DNA of 64,000 bases, taken from assembly GCA_013265495.1 (NCBI GenBank), contig MU058781.1:4899050-4963049 (forward strand), given 5' to 3'. Source of the stretch: Vicugna vicugna. Its lineage: Eukaryota. Every line of letters starts with the position of its first letter. The first letter of the stretch is position 1. A model generated the notes under the pieces. It was not told the origin of the DNA. It was given only the letters and a program-made list of their open reading frames with translations, and did not search any database. A program made the translations under genes and the position numbers. Shown here piece after piece: positions 38,801-52,686 of the stretch.

Positions 38801-41800
38801 ATATGGACGGAGGTGGGAAGAAGGCGGCTGTGTCTCTCCCGGGACCGTGGGCTTTGGAAAAGTTGCTTAGGTGGTGCTGCCCCGCTGCAGGGTGTGCAGT
38901 GTCTTCACACCTTACTTTTCTGTGCTCCTTTTTCTTACACGTCTGTCATAAAACTTGGAGCAGCTAGAGGTTATGCTGTGCTCTGTTTTTCCTTTTAAGA
39001 AAAAGGTCATGACCATAAGCATTCTAGTTTAATTCCTGACCTATTGCCATTTTTGACAAGAAATTATCCAGTTACTTCAAAGAATGGCAGATGTTTTGCA
39101 AATGAAAATAACGCTGTCTCGCTATTACTTTCAAAGGTCTTGCTACTCAAATCTTCCATTTGCCTAAGAAAGGTATTTTTCACAGTCCATAGCAAACTAA
39201 ACCTAGAGCTAGGTGTTCATTTCCCCCCGTTGCCCCGGTTGGCAGACCCAAATATTTTTATTTCAGTGTTAGCTAAGCATTTGTTTTGGGCTCTGGGAGA
39301 ACCAAGTAAGAGATTGACGGGTGGGAATGAGGAAAGGTGGGAGCTTGAACTGTTCTTGCCATATTTTTGATGGGCTATTAACCTAGAGATCTTATTGAAA
39401 CCCCATTTGGCAAGGGATGTTTTTAAATGATTAATGCAGTTCAGAAGAACGGACGCACACTCTGGGCAACTGAATTTGTATCAGAATGAGTGAGGCTGCT
39501 GGACTCCTGTACCGATGGCTGTGATTCCTCCTGTGTCTGCCTTTATGAAGCGGACCAGTAGAGGAGAAGGGACTGGGTGCTTGGTTTAGTGGAGGAAGCT
39601 TGGAAAGGATCTCTCTGTGTTTAGTGCTGCAGTTCAAATCCCGAGTGATTCCCTCAGGGGAGGGAGAGCCGCGTGGTTTGAAGTGGCCCAGGAAGGCCAA
39701 ACGGAAATAATGTGGATTTTGAAAACTGAGGCCCAATCGGGCTGTTTGACCATAGTGATTTGGGAGTGAATATTTGAATACAGGAGACTGGGGGTGGGGG
39801 TAGGGGAGGATATAATGAGAGAAGCCTGAGAGAGCGAGGAGGAGCCTGTGTGGGTGTGATGGTGACTGGTAGGTAGGGGGGTCGCGGGAACGGAAGAGGT
39901 GTCTGTCTGTGAAGGACTGGTTAGTGTTTAGCTGAGGGTAAGGGACTATGATGGGGTCAGTACATTGGAGCCTTGCAAGGCCATGTGGGCTTTGAGATGG
40001 GCAGTGTGTGTTCTGCAGGGAACTAGGCAGTTGCAGAAGGGGTGGTGTGGCCACCGGGTTGGGGATTTCTCCAGGATGTGGACACCACAGGCTTACGGCT
40101 GAGAATGAGAGGTGTCACCTAGGTTACTCACTGGAGTGTTTCATGGGGAGGAGCTGTGATTTCAGTCAAGAAAATTGTCGTGATTTCATACTTCGCCCAT
40201 CCTGGATGTTGGCAAGGCCAGGCCCCGGCAGGCCACGTGTGGATGACCGTGTGTGGGAAGTCTGCCTTCTAACGAGGGAGTTTTGTCTGAGCTGTTCTCT
40301 AGAGCACTCAGCATTTGGCCTTTCAGAACGGTGATGAGTGTCAGGCCCCTGAAGTACCTTCTTTCTGGTTTCCCACGACCCCAATTCACACAGCGTGGTG
40401 TTGCCTGGGGGTTGGGTGCAGGTCCACCTTACCTTCCTGCACCTCGCCTTCCACTGGGGAGGCTTGTGAGCGTAACGTAGTGATTCATCATGGCTCTGCA
40501 GCTGCGAACGCCAGTTTGATTTTTAATCTCTGAATTATTACTTACCTGGTGAGCCTTTGGAAACAACAGAGTCAGCTTCTTAACCCACTAGGTTTGTGTC
40601 TTGCATCATTTGAGGGAGATGACGAGTCTTGACCGGCACTGTCAATTGTGTGTTTTTTTAAGTTTGATTTTTAATGTCAAGAACTTGAAACCCCATATTC
40701 TGTGCCCTGGATTTGCTTCTCTTGCATTTAAAGCACTTCATGGGTGTCAGGGGGCCTCTGGGGTCACGGAGCGAACCTTCAGTGCGCCTTCCTTTGCGGG
40801 AGTTTTCATCTCACGTGGTTTACTTAGACTTTTAATTAGGCTTTAGTTGTCGGGGTGTAATTTCTCTGCATGGGGGCCTGGAGTCAGAATGAAGGCACTA
40901 GTCTGAACAGGAGGCAGTAAATTGCCGTAGGAGTTTTACATTGAAAGCTATTTTGGGGCTTTGTAATGTATAAACTGTGTGTATGCAGAAATAATCGTTT
41001 ATAATCACAGCACTGTTTGCTGTGGAGATGTAAACCCTGAGAGTAGGAACCTGGTGGAGACGGAGAGAATTCTGCCTTCCCTGGATCCTGAAAGGTGGAT
41101 TGCCGCCTAATAGGCCTGGGCGCTTCCTGAAGTTGTGCCTGTCCTTCAGTTGAGGCTAGAGGTGCTCTCATGCCCATCCAAGGGAGTTGCTTCAAGAGTG
41201 GATTGGGCCACGTTGTGCTTTTCATGCAGCTGAACCTTTGTCTTAACTCACCGTAGCTACACGGGCTCCCCAAGTGGGGTCTGGTCGGTGCTTCATTTTT
41301 CTGGCTTTTAACTGTGCGTTTGGAAGACCTCTGGTGACTTGGACCCAGTAGCAGTTAAGAAGTTATGCATGTTCCTCCCGTCGGGTGGAGGCAAAGTTTG
41401 CTGCTGTCCCTGTGAGCCGCGGCCACCATCACCCTGGTCTGCAGCCGACTGGGCTCTCCCAGGAGGGCGACTGGGGAGACAGGATGTACCTCTTCCCCTG
41501 GAGGTAACGGAAATCTCAGCCCGCCAGGCCTGCAGCAGTGAGGGACGTGCTGGACAGGGTGGAAATCCTAGCTCTTCTCTCCCGGGCCTTCTCTTCCCCT
41601 AATTACAGAAGATGGAGAATCACTGTCATTCTAGGAAATCCTGGAAGCTTAACAGGCGCACACTTTTGTTATTTAGGGCTTAGAGTCCTTGCGGCTGGAT
41701 TTCCAAGGTGCAGTTTTTGTACGCAGAGTGTAGCTGGAAGAGGCCTCGGATAAGCTACCCCCTCGTCTAGTCCCACGGAGGTTTTCGTGACCCGGTGGCC

Positions 41801-43074
41801 CGCAGAGAACAAACCACTTCTGTGGAACATTCCGTGCAGCAGCACCAGCCTGACTCCGGGATACCTGGCCTCCTGTTTGAACAAAAGGCACTGGAATATC
41901 CAACATCCTGCTCAGTAAAGCCTGAGTGTTCATGTCTTCCTTATTCTCTTAAGGCCCCAAATATCTGAGAATGCGTCCATCTCTAAATTGAACTCTTAGA
42001 CACTGCTTAAGTGTTGAAGTAGGTGTGTGACGGTAAGGACTTCTTAGCTTGGCAGACAGTGTACAGATACCCGTGGAAGAGAACCTGTGACTGTCCCCAG
42101 CTGTGTGAAGCAACACTTTAAACCTTGAAAACCTTCTTGCTGGGTCCCTAAAGCAGTGAACTCAGCGTGGGCACCCGTTCCACCATCTCTGTCTTCCCAG
42201 ACTTGGCGCTTGTCCTGCCTCAATCCCTGCTGGTCGTTTCTGTCTTTACTACTGGAATTGCTGGAGTGGTCTCTGGGCTGCTGCTGGTTCTTTGGTTCCC
42301 CCACCCCCTAGCCCAGCCTTTATTTTGTTCATTCGTCTCTCTGGAACTTGTACTGGATCTGATACAACAGACGGAAGGGAGCCACACTTTTACACGAGAC
42401 CTTCAAGACCTGTTATTAACTTGTGTGTATTCTTTTCAAAAAACCATTCCTCCTACCATTGCATTTTCTACTCCATCAAGATCCATTGCCTCTTTCTGCA
42501 GTGGTCTCTCTCTTCTTTCTCTCTCTCCCTTTCTTTCCACCTGCCCCTACCCAGCTCCCCTTTTGGGGACTCATTTCCTTAAAAGGCCAGTGCAGATTCA
42601 ATTTCATTTCTTCTGACTGAATTGTAAATTCCTCCAAAGCAGCACCAACCCCCAGCAACAACAACTTTTCCAAGAGCGTAGCACATACTTGTAGGGCGCA
42701 TGCCTCTCTGGCATTACTCAGTTTAAAAAGCTCCAGTACAGAGGTGCGTTGCATCTCCTGTTGTGGGTGCAGTCACTCTTTTCTAGACTTTGCCAGGAGT
42801 ATAAACCTTCAGTATTACTAGTTCATGACGGTATTTGGGCCTGGGGCGTAGAAAGGGCGAGAGATGGTTGTGTCTTTCTTCCAGTCCCTTTGCGGCCCTT
42901 TGAGGAGCTCTTTTCCTCAGGTCTCTGCAGGTGTCGGAAGGCCCAGTGCCACCCCTTCAGCAAAGGATTTGAGTTCTCATCTCCAGAACTGGGTCTCGAT
43001 CACACATTACTTGCTTCGATTTTTTTTTAAAGTTTATTCCTACTCTTACTATTTGCTTGCTTTCTTTTGAGTAA

Positions 43075-43320
<246 letters not shown>

Positions 43321-45849
43321 TGACTCGTGCTTCTCAGGCCGGGCCCCTAACGGCAGCTTTTTGGGACATTCTGTTGGGTTTATAGGTTCATTTTCATGGT
43401 GCATAATATAATTGGCAAGGTGCCTTAGTTAGTCTGCCCTATGGACAAGACCAGGGCTGCGATCTGGTTTCTGCTGTGGAGCCCGCCTTCCAGGTTTTTT
43501 ATGTGGCTATCTGTCTCTCTACCCAAGCACGATGGCGGAAGCCTTTGCTGTTCTTGCTGAAATGTGGCGGCTTGGTTCTTATCCCCTGTTTATGTGGGAA
43601 GTAGTCTAAACCTGTGTGCCTGCGTCCCTTCCTGCTCTCTCTTTGGCTCCGCAGCTGCCTGAGGCCCGGCTGTCTTCCTTGTTGAGCAGGCCGGGCAGGT
43701 GGCTGCGCGGCAGCAGGTGGACAGTGGCACAGAACTCCTGTGCTATGTGTCAGGAAGTGCACCTCATCCTGTTTGGTTATCAGACAGATCTGTGGAAGCC
43801 GGGGGAGGAAACTTGCTCCTCCCTGAGTTTATTCTGATGTCTCTTTTCAACAGGATTAACATGACTCAGGTGAAATCATCCAGTGAAGACCATTTCAGAA
43901 CTAGCATGTGGTTATTTTACCTACGGCTTGTATTTTCTCAGGGGATGTGGCCGTGGCAGCATTGAACAGCCTCTCTCATGCTTATTAATCTTTTAGAATC
44001 TAATGTAAATGTGAATGAATTGACCATGTTCTGGTTTGTACTTGCTTGGAGCAAGATGAGGAAGAAGAGATTCTGCTTTTCTTTTTGAGTCTTTGCTGTC
44101 ATCAGGGGATAATAGAGTCATCACACATGGGGAACCTGGCCGCTTGCCAGGGTGCAGAGGGACAGGTTGACTTATGGCATCCCGTTTCTTTCCATCCTGC
44201 TTAGTTGTAAGGTGACTTGTCTGAGAGTTGTTTGTTGGAACCAGTGCTTCCAGACAGGACCTGTTGGCACTCTGTTTCCATAAGGCCATGGCGAGGTTTT
44301 CTGAGATGACCTCTCTGAACTCCCCCGAGATCTCCTCTGCAGCCTACCCACGTTCTGCTAGTATTGTGTGACTTGAAACAGAAACCCCCTGAAGTCTGAG
44401 TCGGTGTGTATGGGAAAGACCCATTTGTGAATCTTTCGCATGTGCAGAAGCAAAATAAGTCAAAGAATCTTGCCACAGTTGCACAATTTGGACCCTGTAT
44501 ATTCCTGCGTCTCCTACAAGGTGGGGATGCCACCCACTCCTTGGCTGCCTGTAATTGAGTAAACACCAAGCCCTGTGTCTATTTAGAGGGCATGTGATGT
44601 GATCGTTCTTTGTCGTGGCTTCATGTTGAACACAGGGTTTTGCTTTACGTTTTTGAGGGGAGGGTGATTGGGAGGAGAGGATCCTTGGACCCCGGAGTAA
44701 CAGTAGAGCTGTGGATGATGTGGGTTTCGGTCCTACTGCTGTGACAGTCGTGTTCTTATTCTGTTCAGGAGTGGTGATGCCTTAGTGCTTTAGGAGTCTG
44801 TCAGCGATTAAAAAAAAACCACCCAACTGGGAAAAATCAGCTTTCAGGACAAGAAGGTAGCCAGGTGTCCAGGATTGAATAAAGGTGAAATTTGGGTAAA
44901 AGAACAGAAACTAAGTCATTCAAGAAGCAACTAGTGCTGCCAGCCAGTTGGCCAAACATAGCCCTCGTTTTCATTGGCACAGTCACAGAGGTGACGATAT
45001 TGAGGAAGGAATTCTAAGAATAAAGTTGGCAAAGATATCTCTGTTGGGGTCATTGAAGACTTTAAAGAATTCTTTAAAACTTGCATTTAAAACAAGGTAT
45101 TTTTTGTTTGTTTGTGGTAGGTGATCTCTCACCCTGATAAAGACTGACTGTTTTTTAAATACTAAGACATCATGGCTTCCGTCTTTTGGTTGTGACGTTG
45201 CTGTGAACTTTCCCTTTTCTGCTTCATGTTGAGTGTTGTGCAGGCAGTATTCCAAGGCCACCTTTTTCTTATTCTGTATATTGGATTTTGATAGTAGTGC
45301 TAATAAGTAAACACATCGCCTTGTTTCAGAACTTACTTGTGTTTTAAGAATAATTTCCTTAAAGGCAGCTAGCAAAGTGTGCTTTCTTCTTTGGCGGCTA
45401 CTGGGAAGCACAGAAATCATGGGAATAATTCCTCCTCTGTAGGTCCCAGCATCTCAGGGGTGCTCTCCTAGGGGGATGTGATCCAGAGAAGGCATAAATA
45501 GCAGGCAGCCTCCAGGACTGTGGGGGAGCAGGTATGATTGCAAGCAGTGTTGTCTCTGAATGTGTGTACATATGTGTGCTTCAGTGTGTAGCACTTGAGT
45601 TTGAATGGATGCTTTGTAATAGGTCATCATTCATATAATGTGCAATAGGATGACCTTGTCTTGAGCTGTACATCACAGCACACTATTTGGGATTCTTCAT
45701 TGTGGGGCAAGAGAAGATAGGTTAGTTGTGGGTGAAGAGTGGTTTTAACAGTCATGCTTTTCCTTTTTTTTTTTTTTGTCCCCCATTCCCTCGAGGTTCA
45801 TTTTCAAAAGTTGAAAGTTTTTTATTTCAAAAGTTCCATTGGTCCTGGT

Positions 45850-46010
45850 TGGTTTGTTTGTTTCTTTTTTTGGTGGGAGGGGGATTAGGCTCATTTGTTT
45901 GTTTAATAATTAATTAATGAATTAATTTTTAGAAGAGGCACTGGGGATTGAACCCAGGACCCCATGCATGCTAAACATGCACTCTACCACTTGAGCTATA
46001 CCCTATCCCC
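45850..46010 (-). mobile_element. tRNA-derived SINE (camelid Vic-1-like)
   Basis: Minus strand: GGGTATAGCTCAAGTGGTAGAGTGCATGTTTAGCATGCATGGGGTCCTGGGTTCAATCCCCAGTGCCTC. TSD ccattggtc(ctggtt) at 45836 / ccattggtc(tagtt) at 46011. Confidence 0.9.
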
Positions 46011-47379
46011 CCATTGGTCTAGTTTTAATTGTGACAGGAAGTTATCTGGTGGTAGAATTTTGAAACTGTCCGGTACAGAGCCCTCACTGGGTGGTATGAT
46101 ATGAAAGTGGCCGGACAGACGTGAGAGCAGGTGCCTGTACCCTAGATAGCATGGTGCTGGGGTGACTCTCTCCCCCACTTCCCTTTTCTCGCTTTGTAGC
46201 TTGGGGATCTTGGATAGTGAGGTACCTCTGAGACCCCTGGCGTTTTTGTTGTAATGGAAGAAAACATTCTGAGTGTTCTCTGTGGTAGTGACTTTCCCAG
46301 TGTCACACGGTTATTTTTTATGGAGTAGCAGAATTGGAATTACAGCTCAAGTCATGTAACTTTGACTCCAGTACTTACTTTAGAACGCAGAATGGAATGA
46401 GAATGACACCATATCTTTGCAACAGTAGTATTGAAAAAAAAAGCATTTTGGTTTTTTCTCCCTATATTAAGTAAAGACGTTTCTGGGTTATTGGTCTTCC
46501 CAGAGTTTCTTGGGAAAATTCAATTTAAAAATAATATTTTGAGTTGGCAATAGCATGGGCTTGACATAATTTTTTTTTTTTATCTAACTGGGAAACGAAT
46601 TGGCAGCCCCTTGGCTGCGCCTCTTGTGTGAGGAGGGCCGGGGTCTGGTGTCTGTTAACAAGCAGAGTGCCAGCAGCAGCAGCTTGTCTCTCGGTGGCTG
46701 AGCTCCACCGCCCGCTCCTGCAGGTCTCGTACAGTGGTAATAACCCACGCAGACGGAAGATAGTAGAGAGGCCTCATATTTTATGTTGTAAAATCCATGT
46801 TTGCCATCAGTCTTGCTTTTGTGGTTCTAAAGTGACAAGGAAGGAGTGTTTTTGCCTACTAGAGGGAGCGAAATGTGTGCTGGAACAGCCTCGTGGATTG
46901 TCCTGTAGGAGTCGAAGCCATCATTGCAGCTGGTTAGTTAGAGCCAGGCTTCTGGGGGAGGCGGCACTAAGATTTCTGCTGAATGCGGGCCTTCTGTCTC
47001 CTTCCTGTGTAGATTGCATTGCTTTTTGCTGGCGGTAATACATGGACGAAAGCTTCTGAAAGGGCTGGCTGAGGCTGAGGCCACTCTCTGAGGGCCCTTG
47101 GCCTGCTGGGGCTGAAATTAGGAACATTTAAATAATAACATGCTACACACATAATGAGTACACATAATTACACGGTAAGAGAGGGGAGCTATTAGCTGTA
47201 TTCGAATTTCATTTGCTTCCTATAAATTTCATCTGAGATCTCAAACACTCTGGCCAGCTATAGAGCCTTGACTAGATTTCAGGGGTACTGTATCCTTTTT
47301 TTCTTAGAATCTTCCAGTAGTTGTGCTAGCTGGAACCTGTCTTGAGAGCTTCCGTTTTTGCCAGTTATTGTTCCAACCC

Positions 47380-47540
47380 TTTACCTGTGTTTCACGCGTT
47401 TAATCTTCAGAACCAACCATTTTATAGACGAGGAAACTACCCAAGGGTGGACTAGCAGTTTGCTCACACGAATAGTATTGGGCAGAGCCAGGATTTAAAC
47501 CCTGGCTTTCCACACAGAGTTCCCCTGCTTTTAACTACCA
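47380..47540 (-). mobile_element. MIR fragment
   Basis: tttaatcttcagaac...ccattttatagacgaggaaact...ggcagagccaggatttaaaccc. Confidence 0.7.
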
Positions 47541-49699
47541 CTTAGGTAAATAGAGGTAATTTTGGAACCATCTATAAAAGGTAAGACTCCAAAAATATGA
47601 AATTTAGGAGGGTGAGTGTGGTTCTGGGCTTTATTAGCACTTAGAATTGAATTGGTTGTCAGAGGGAGTCAAAAACTGCACCCCTCCTGATTGGCCGCCC
47701 TGCTTACACACAGATACATTCATTATTTCTTTCTGTTTCTTTGCCTAGCGATACAAATCTGTATTTTTAATACTGTCATCGACCCAGCCAGCTGGCTGAG
47801 GGCTGCCACTCATCTCCATGAGGTGGTGAGAGAGGCAGTGGCCTTGCTGGCAACACCGGCCAATTTGTAGCCAAGGAGCGGAGTTAGAAGTGCAGAGACA
47901 GGACCCCCTGCACCACCATCCCCACCGGCACTGTCTTTAAAAAAAGAGTAGAATTTTTATTGACGCTCTTCAAAATCTTTCTCAGAGATTTCTGATGTCT
48001 GTGGAATGAAACATATGCCCAACTCCTGCAAATCCAGTTTACAGGATGAAATTAAAATGACTAGTGAGTCAAAATCAACGTCTGAGTGTTCTTGGAGCCA
48101 CATTTGAACGAGGGCGGTGGTTGTAGAGTTGCCTTCCCTCAGCCCGAAGCTCGCGCGCGCATCCTCCGTGAGCCGTGGGCAGCAGCGGCTGCAGGCTGGG
48201 CTGCGAGTCTGAGACGTTTCTTACCCGTGTCCCCGACATCATTCCATGTGACAGACAGCTGGGTGCAATGAGGGCGAATATACTTCTTGAAAACAAATTA
48301 AATTTATTCTTCTTTGAAAAACAAAGCTGCAGCTGTCTTGGAAGACTGTAGAGTCGAGAAGGCTTGATTTCTTTCTGTCTGTAGCTGTTTTGTCGTGGGT
48401 CTGTTCGTGACCTTGAGTCAAGCAGGTGGGGCATGTCTAGATAGAGTTCCCGTTTGATCAGTACCTGATGGAGTTCTTCAGGAAGCAGAAGAGTAGGAAG
48501 CATTGTGACTGATAAAAACGGAACTGAAGTTGCTTTTTTTGGAGGAGTCAGAGTAGCTTATTTCATCTCCTCTAAGATGCCATTGGGTGATGCATTATTA
48601 TTTTATGTAAGAAAGGAAAAAATACTTCCAGTTATATAAGCCATCATCATTGTGAGGTGCTTCTAACCAGAGAAAAATATGTGTGACTTGGTATCAATGA
48701 AGCACAGCAAAACACAATGAAATGCTTTAAAAATCAGATGTTTGTGACTGTTGGGTTTGGTGTGAGGAGGCTTAGCTGGGAGGCGGGTGATGTGAAAGGC
48801 CCAGTGTTGAGCAACCAGGAAAAACTTAATCAAAGAAGTTGCTTTTGGAGGGACCTTGAAAACTCTGGGGCTTTTTGAACAAGGGCTGAGGATTGGGACA
48901 GGGGAGTGTTGGGGGCAGGGGTGAGGACCAGTAAATAGATATTTGCCAGGAGTGTGGATGTCACAGTCCCGTGGGACAAATGGCAGGTTTCTGTGGCCAG
49001 CCTGCTTGTCCTGCTCTGGCACCAAGGGACTGGCGAGCCCGCCTGCAGAGTTACAGATTGCTAGAGCAGGAAGGGACTTTCGGAGGTTTTAGGTCAGACT
49101 CACATTTTACAGATGAGGTATTTTGAACCTTGATGATGAGCTTAACTGGAAGGAATGGACCTTGCTGAAGACTGAGTGGAACCGGAAAGCCAATATAAGT
49201 GACGGTGAGACACCAGCCTTCCCAGTAGGCATGGCTGCTTGGGAGGAGGTTAATGCACTCGTTTCCCGTCACTGTGCTTGAGACCCGCTGCCTTGCAGCG
49301 TCCGCAGCCTGCCGCCTTTGACATTTCTGCAGACTCGCTGGTGGCTCCCCAGCACATCACTGTCGCGGTCGGCCTGGACTGCTAGTGGGAGAGGCGACCA
49401 CACCGGTAGTGTCTCCGGGTGTGGGAGAGGCGGGGCGTGTGATGTCTGAGCTTGGGACAGTCGAGTTCTTAGAGCAGCCCAGCTTTGAGGGGTGTTGAAG
49501 GCAATTGAAAGCAAGAGGCTGGAAACCTGCTGTGGTCTGGGATGGTTTTTGAAGCTTTTCCGCCTCTAAGTGTCTGTCTTTGGGCAGCGCCTCCCATTGC
49601 GCACCCAAGTCCATTTTTCTTGTCTCTGCTAGGACACCACTGTGGGAAGTATCCCTCCTTTCTTCTGCATTATTTATTCTATACTAAATCATTTCCAAA

Positions 49700-50880
49700 G
49701 CATGTTGTGGTTTCTCCCATAAAATAAATCCTCTGTTACTCTCCTGTCTCCCCCCACCCTGCTGTTCATTTCTTTTTCTTTATAGCATAATTTCTTGAAA
49801 GAAAGTGTCATAACAGTTAATCTCCCTCTATTATTCGTATTCATATTGATATCCTCTCCCTACTCACTCTCTTTTGAACCCCCAGAGTCAGGCCACTTGC
49901 CAAGGCTAATAATGAACTTGATGACTGCATCCAGTAATCAGTGTGGCTTTAGCTGCCCATTTCCCTGTGTTTGACAGTGATTCTATCCTGAACTCTGTTT
50001 GCCTACTTGCCTTCTGCACTTTGATTTCTTGATAGTCTTATGAACTTGAGGTTTCCCAAGCCAGCTCTGTATGTCCACTCTCTCATCTGCTCCTTGCCTG
50101 TCTTCCCATTGCCAGTAAATACCGGTTCCTTTTCTTTGGCTGCTTTGCTCAAAATCTTGGAGTTATCTGGTACTTATCTATTTTTTCCAGATTTTGCAAA
50201 ACCCATTTATTCTAAACTCACACTGTCTTCTGGAACTGGGTTGGCAGCACTGTCACCAGTCCATATAGTCTCTAGCTTGAGCTAGGATTCCTAAAGCTCT
50301 CTGTTTCTGCCTTTTAACCTTTCCTGGCAGCAGCCACAACAGTTCTTTTATAAATGCAAATCATTACACCCCTGCAGTCTTCCCCTGTCTATCTTGGCGT
50401 CTCTCTTAGCATGAAAGCTAAACATCCTTACCCTGGACACCTGATGTGTCCCCGTAGTATCTCTCTGGTCTTACCTGCCTGTCTCTTCCTCACCTCTATC
50501 TCACCTGATGTTCCAAAGGTACTGAGTAGTTCACTCTTGCCTCAGAATTTTTCTGTTGTTGATGCTTCTTTCTAGAACTCTCTCTCTTTAGGTCCCTACA
50601 TGACTTGATTCCTCCCAGGGTCCTGTTCATATGTACCCTTACTGGAGACTCCTTCCTCGAGCATCTGGTTAAAACTTGTGCCTTTACCTGTTACCCTTTA
50701 GCTCCTTAGCTTGAACTATTTTTCTGTATAGAATCCTCACTGCCTGATGTTGTATTATGATTGTTTATTATAAGCTCTCTCCCCACAGTAGATTGTAAGT
50801 TCCAGGAGAGAGAAGCTTCATCCGTGTTGACTGCTGCCATATGCACGACTCCTGGCCACTTTCTGTAAAGCACGTGGTCG
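49700..50880 (+). mobile_element. L2 fragments up to near the 3' end
   Basis: tttataaatgcaaatc...ctttctagaactctct...ctctctccccacagtagattgtaagttccaggagag...ctcctggccac. Confidence 0.6.
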
Positions 50881-51149
50881 CCTGCACACCAGCCGTGCCC
50901 CGACCCCCGCCCAGCACCCCTCTGCCCCTCTGCTCCTCTCTGTTCGGGGGTTTGTACCACTGCTCACTCCTGTTCTCATTTTGGGAACACACATACCTTG
51001 ACCCTTCAGTCCCCTTGCCCCAGATCAGAGCCCGTGCTGTTTTACCTGTCAGCAGAGTGCCTGTTGATTTCGTAAATGTAGTGTGTTTATAAGTCTCATT
51101 ATCATAAACAGTCTTAGAATTGGGTCACCATTTTCCTCTTTGTTTTTGA

Positions 51150-51390
51150 AGCACATTTGTTGAATACCTACCTAGTACAAGGTACATTGTTTGGTAGTTT
51201 AAATTAAAATTGGGCTTTTAAGAAAGTTGAAGGTGCCCTCTTTAATTCTCATAACAGTACGGTAATTATACTATTACTATCACAATTTTGTGCATTTGAT
51301 TAGTGGGTCTCAGATGTGAAGCAACTTGTATAAGGCTGCAGAGCTAAAGAAGTGGTCAGATCAGGGTCTGAACCCAGGACTCCTGACCCC
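51150..51390 (-). mobile_element. MIR
   Basis: catttgttgaatacctaccta...tttaattctcataacag...gtgaagcaacttg...gaagtggtcagatcagggtctgaacccaggactcctgacccc. Confidence 0.7.
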
Positions 51391-52285
51391 ATATCTTGCC
51401 CCCTCTTTTGTTTTTAAACTTGAGGAAAACTTTACAGTCTGTGAAATCACTTATCTTAGGTGTGCAATTCCCTGAGTTGCCAAATGCACATGTTCCTGTG
51501 TGAGCAAGGCTCCAGTGTAGACACGGGGCTTCTCCATTGTTCCAGAGAAGTTTCTCCCTGCCCCTTCTAGTTCATTCAGATTCTTCAAAGTGTGTGCTCA
51601 TTTGGGGGTTTGGCTACATGGCTGTTTCTATTTTTAGATGCTGTTTTGATTATACATGAGTTTATGATGTTTCCCTAGGATGTACCAGATGCTTGAGCGT
51701 GTCTGCTGAGACTTGAAAATGCCTCAAAGCCAGAGGCTCTTGTGTGTCTGGTAAGCCACTCTTGGAGGTGGCTTTAGGAAGTGTTTGAACGAGAACCCCA
51801 CATTGGACTTTCTCATAGATGACGTTCACTAGCTTGTGGTGGCCTTCGTGGAGCCAGGCTCTCCATCCTAAGCTTGCGTCGTGGCTTTCCTTCTGAGCTG
51901 CTGCGCCAGTCCAGACCAAGTGGCCTTTCAAACAGTTGCTTCTCATCGTCTTCCTTGTCTCCTTTCTCTCGATGCGTGCCCCAGTGCCTCCCCATCCCCA
52001 CCCTGCCCTTGTGGCACTGTTCTCAAAGTGTTAAGAATACTCAGCCTTAATGTTACAATTCAAGACATTCTAGAACTGGGGGCCAAGACTTGGCTTTTCC
52101 CCAAAGGCGAGCTAAAGGGATATGTGTATGTCATGTCCTTTCTCTGCTAATACAGTGTGTTTTCAGTTAGATTGATTCTCTGTAGGACCCCATGATCTAC
52201 CTAATGGCCATGAGGATGCAAAGACATGTGGCAGCATGGTGAGATGGCTAATTTCTGTTCATTTTCTTGTGACTGTGGTGTGTCA

Positions 52286-52455
52286 GTATATTAGTCAGCT
52301 TGTGCTGCCGTAACAAAATACCATAGATTGAATGGCTTAAACAACAAAGCTTTACTTTTCCTAGTTCTGGAGGCTAGAAATCCAAGATCCAGGGTGCTGG
52401 CCACTTCCGTTCTTGGTGAAGCCTGCGTCCTGACTGTGTCCTCACATGGCTGAGG

Positions 52456-52518
<63 letters not shown>

Positions 52519-52686
52519 TGTACGCCGGTGTCTTATTAGGACACCAGCCGTATCATATCAGGGCCAGCCATTGTGACCTCATTTAACCTTAATCACCTCT
52601 TACAAGCTCTGTCTTCAAATGCAGTCACATTGGGTGTTAGGACACCAGCATAGGACTTTTGGGAGGTCACGTTCGGTCCATAACAA
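52286..52686 (-). mobile_element. MLT1A/B-like solo LTR containing a (GA)n microsatellite
   Basis: tattagtcagcttgtgctgccgtaacaaaatacca...ggcttaaacaac...agttctggaggctagaaatccaagatc...gacctcatttaaccttaatcacctc...ttcggtccataaca. Confidence 0.85.
52458..52516. repeat. Perfect (GA)n microsatellite, about 29 units
   Basis: Seen directly. Confidence 0.97.

Noticed and set aside
39431..40054. 207-aa Pro/His-rich minus-strand ORF
   Set aside because: Non-ATG start, low-information translation of a G-rich, probably L2-derived region; no homology recognised.
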